A DNA stretch of 64,000 bases from Octopus sinensis. Its lineage: Eukaryota. Below, piece after piece: positions 59,637-64,000 of the stretch; positions within the stretch are counted from its first letter, which is position 1, and every line of letters starts with the position of its first letter. The notes beneath the pieces are model-generated. The model had not been told where the DNA came from. It saw nothing but the letters and a program-made list of their open reading frames with translations, and made no database searches. Location of the stretch: contig NC_043021.1 of the NCBI RefSeq assembly GCF_006345805.1, positions 9,672,001 to 9,736,000 on the forward strand, written 5' to 3'. A program made the position numbers and the translations under genes.

Positions 59637-62331
59637 TTAAGGTAAACAACGTTTTTGTAACTAATAATAAATAATAACAAATATAAATATTAGTTATCTT
59701 ACATTGACAAAAAGCTTACCTTAATTCATCCATCTTCTCCCGTTATTCTTGGGAAGGTCATGGGGGCAGACACCTCTTCCATAGGATCCTATCAAAAGCA
59801 ACCAGCATTATACCTTCCAGCAGGGTTCCCAAGTGTGACCAACTGGGTCTACGGATATTATCCGTTCGTCTATTTTCTGGTCTGCCTCTAGGTCTCCTAC
59901 TGGTTAGCTTAGCTTTCCTGTGACATTCTAATTACATGTCCATAGTACTGGAGCTGTAACCTCTCAATGCAGAGATGGGAATCAGGAGGCGAATTGGATG
60001 CTAGAATTGCAGGTGCTGGTACAGAAATGCACCAGCTCCAGTATTTGATCCCAGAAGAGAAGTGTAGCACTCAACCAGTTTTACAACCACCACCACCATC
60101 ATCATCACACTCATATAATGGTTTTAAATTTTGACCCAATGCCAGCAATTCTGAAAGAAGGGACATACTCTTTTACACTTTTACTTGTTTCAGTCATGTG
60201 ACTGTGGCCATGCTGGAGCACCACCTTTAGTCGAGCAAATCAACCCCAGGACGCATTCTTTGTAAGCCTAGTACTTATTCTATCAGTCTCTTTTACCAAA
60301 CCGCTAAGTTACAGGGACGTAAACACACCAGCATCGGTTGTCGAGCGATGTTCAGGGGACAAACACAGACACACAAACACACACACATATATATATGACG
60401 GGCTTCTTTCAGTTTCCGTCTACCAAATCCACTCACAAGGCTTTGGTCGGCCCAAGGCTATAGTAGAAGACACTTGCCCAAGGTGCCACGCAGTGGGACT
60501 GAACCCAGAACCATGTGGTTGGTAAGCAAGCTACTTACCACACAGCCATTCCTGCGCTTATTACATCAACCAAATTGGTTGATGTAATCAGTACTTATTT
60601 TATTGACCCTGAAACAATGAAAGACAAAGTCAACCTCAGTGAAATTCGAACAAGAGCGTAAATCCAAAAGAACTGCTGCTAAGCTTTTTGTCCAGCATAT
60701 TAACGTTTCTGTCAGTTTACCACCATATTAATCCATTCTTACTCTTGCACAAGACCAGCAATTTTAAGGAGTATGGGAGTCAAATACATTGACCCCAGGA
60801 CTCAACTGGTTCTTATTTTATTGATCCTGAAAGGATGGAAGATAAAGTTGACGTCTGTGGAATTGGAACTCAGAACAAAGTTTGAAGAAATGCCGCAAAG
60901 CAATTTGTCTAGTTCAATAACAATTATTTCTTTATTGCCACAAGGGGCTAAACATAGAGAGGACAAACAAGGACAGACTAAGGGATTAAGTCGATTACAT
61001 TGACCCCAGTGCATAACTGGTACTTAATTTATCGACCCTGAAAGGATGACAGGCAAAGTCGATCTCATCGGAATTTGAACCCACAACGTAGTGGCAGATG
61101 AAATACCACTAAGCATTTCGCTCGGCATGCTAACGTTTCTTATTTCTTTATTGCCCACAAGGGGCTAAACATAGAGGGGACAAACAAGGACAGACAAAGG
61201 GATTAAATCGATTACATCGACCCCAGTGCGTAACTGGTACTTATTTAATCGACCCCGAATGGATGAAAGGTAAAGTCGACCTCGGCGGAATTTGAACTCA
61301 GAACGTAACGGCAGACGAAATACCACTAAGCATGCTAATGTTTCTGACAGCTCACCGCTCAATAACAATTCTACCACCTTCACCACCTTAATAATAACTA
61401 TGAACCCCAACACTCATGAGAGGTACTTATTTTATCGACCCCAAAACGATGAAAAGCAAAGTCAGCCTCAGCAGCATTTGAACTCAGAACATAAGGAGAC
61501 TGACAAAATGCCGCTAAGCATTTCACCCAGTGTGCGAGCAATTCTGATTTTTTTTACTGCCCACAAGGGGCTAAACATAAAGGGGACAAACAAGCACAGA
61601 CAAAGGGATTAAGTCAATTACATCGACCCCAGTGCGTAACTGGTACTTAATTTATCGACCCTGAAAGGATGAAAAGCAAAGTCGACCTCAGCGGAATTTG
61701 AAAGCAGAACGCAGTGGCGGACAAAATACCACTAAGCATTTCGCCCGGTGTGCTAACGGTTCTGCCAGCTTGCTGTCTTCACCACGTTAATAATAATTAC
61801 AATCACAATCAAAAAATGAATAACAACAACAAAAAGTTATGGAAAATATACTGAAAGATTGGGTTGTTGTTTTTTTCTTTTTTTTTTTTGTTTGGTTGTT
61901 TGTTTGTTTTTTAATTTCATCAAGAAAAATTTCCTGTTTTAAATTACTTTCATTAAAGCAGGACTTTGATTAAAATTTGGACAGAATAGAGTCTGAGAAA
62001 AATGTGTCGTTGAAGAGATAATGAGATTCCATAGAAACCGGTACCGAATAGGGGTATGGAAGAAGATCCAATAGCTGTAATTAGCAACTGGGTGAGCTGA
62101 TAATTGATTAATCATAACTGTTTCTAATTGAGGCACAAAGCCAGCGATTTTGCAAGGGTGGGGATTAGTTGATTAAATAAGTCCCAGTACTTGACTGGTA
62201 TTTTATTTTACCAACTCCAGAAGGATGAAAGGCATAGCTGTCCTCAGTGAGATTTGAACTCTGAATGTAAAGAGTCAGAATACCAAAAGGCATTTTTCCT
62301 GCACCCTATCAATTCTGCCAATCCACAGCCC

Positions 62332-62362
<31 letters not shown>

Positions 62363-62549
62363 GACAACCACCATCGGCATTATCATCAATTGCTTACTGT
62401 GTGCAGGAAGCTGAGTAATTCTTCAGCCTGCCTACCAGTTCCGAAGATGGACGAGAATTTTAACCGATTTATTTTTTCGATAATTTTTTTTTTAATCTAT
62501 GTCTTATTTCATGAGTATGTATAGGTGTATATGTCTGTATGTGTGTGCA

Positions 62550-62590
<41 letters not shown>

Positions 62591-63574
62591 AAAATAAAAC
62601 AGAAAATAATAGAAAATAATCGTAGTCCTAGTGTGCAGCAAATTTATGGTGTGTCAGTGACGCTGCCTGAGTTTCCTCTGCGACGTTGGCGGCGCAAGCC
62701 GTTATTTAGATGTGTCGCACACCACATCCATAATGTGCTTGGCAACATCGTTAGCAAATAGAGCTGAAAAGGGAGAAAGAAAAACGGTGAAACTCCTGCA
62801 TGTAATATGTATGAGGATACATGTAGCATTGTATGAGACATGAGACAGACATGTAGCACAGAATGAGATATGGCAAGTGACAGCTACATGAGAGAGAAAG
62901 GGAGGGATAGAGAAACATTACATTTTTACTTAATATTTGGATGCCCTTCGTTCTACAAACAACTCAACCGTGAAGTTTAGCATCATATGCCAAATGCTTG
63001 ACATAATGGTTGTATGGTTCAGAAACTGGCTTTGTAACCACATGGTTTCAAGTTCAATCCTACTCTGTGACAACTTGGGCATATGTCTTCTTTTATAGAC
63101 TTGTGTTGACCAATGCCTTGTCAGTGAGTTTGGTAGACAGAAACTGTGTGGAACCGGACCAGACCGGTTCTTGAATGGTACTAGCCCTTGGGTGCTTTTG
63201 ACAGAGTCTTTACTGCAAGCATTCAGGCCAGGTCACAAGTTTGAAGATAACTTTCTTTTTTTCTTCCTACCAATCTCAAAAGCCTTGACCAAGAACCAGG
63301 GTTAACCATTAGAAAAAGAAAAAAAAGTAGAGTGAACTCCAAACAGTGATGGGCGAAATACCACTAAGCATTTTGTCCAGCTTGATGAAGTTAGTAATAT
63401 AGACTTGTCTTCTAACTCTTCTCTGCTTCTTCTCATCATTTATGTGTATCACAAGTTATCACCCATGCACACACACACACACACACACACACTGAGATGT
63501 GTGTGTGTGTGTCCATGCAAGGAAAATTAGCTAAGAGAAATAACTCAGCATGACCAACGGTAAGTATATAATAA

Positions 63575-64000
63575 TAATGAAATTATTGTATACAGTGCTC
63601 AGGTGCACCACAACTTGTCAGACAGTGCATATAAAGTACATGCAGTAATGTACAAATGTCTGGAAAGTGAACAGTGTATGAGTCAGATACATGCTTGTGT
63701 GTGTATGGAGGGGAGAAAATCAAGTGTAGTGTTGGCGAATCTCAGGAAGCATGGACGTTTTGAAGGATGCAGTGCTCCGACAACTAACAACTGATGCCGG
63801 CAGATTGTTCCATGCTTCAGCAATTCTTAGCATGAAAAAATGTTGCCGAAAGTCATGGGAGCTGTGCTGTTTTCTGACTTTGTAAATATGTCCACGGGTG
63901 TTAGACAGGTGGAGTTTGAAAAGGTGCTCAGAGTTATTGTTTGTAAGATGGTTAATAATTTTTTTAAACGTGAATAAAGATGTATTAAATAACATATAAG
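63575..64000 (-). mobile_element. CR1/L2-type LINE 3' end (ORF2 C-terminus), runs off the window
   Basis: NTRGHIYKVRKQ...FRQHFFMLRIAEAWNNLPASVV matches the TRGHxxKL...RKHFFSxRVVxxWNxLP motif. Confidence 0.85.

Larger units (their letters stand above)
56761..60314. repeat. Long inverted duplication, arms ~56761-57342 and ~59737-60314
   Basis: ~575-bp arms, about 99% identical by eye, containing a SINE A 3' half and an RTE 3' fragment (RLQLQYYGHVIRMS). Confidence 0.93.

Overview
AT-rich, repeat-dense animal genomic DNA. The SINE landscape looks like a coleoid cephalopod (Octopus-like); this is inferred from recognising the repeat families, not from a search. The one gene I can reconstruct with confidence is CTR9 (PAF1 complex TPR subunit) on the + strand. 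It has 24 coding exons from ATG 14254 to TGA 53900, all introns GT-AG with consistent phases, giving 3516 nt and 1171 aa. One tRNA-Val gene sits at 11237-11309 and combines an AAC anticodon with a TAC-family body and a U discriminator. The rest is mobile or repetitive DNA: at least five SINE families, RTE, CR1 and Penelope-like LINE fragments, an internally deleted piggyBac plus several TTAA-flanked MITEs, hAT MITEs, two non-autonomous Helitrons, palindromic MITEs and several minisatellites. The long ORFs at 23.8-25.7 kb are by-products of a 27-bp minisatellite, and most other ORF-track entries are repeat artefacts. The most interesting unexplained signals are: minimal type-I hammerhead ribozyme motifs on the minus strand (52519-52564 and 11907-11944), a ~99% identical 575-bp inverted duplication just 3' of CTR9 with a templated junction, other foldbacks inside the CTR9 transcript (candidate dsRNA/ADAR substrates), the anticodon-shifted tRNA, and GC-rich structured islands at 6.2-7.9 kb that may belong to an unannotated minus-strand transcript. 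Coordinates were read by eye. Exon ends were checked base by base; repeat ends are approximate.
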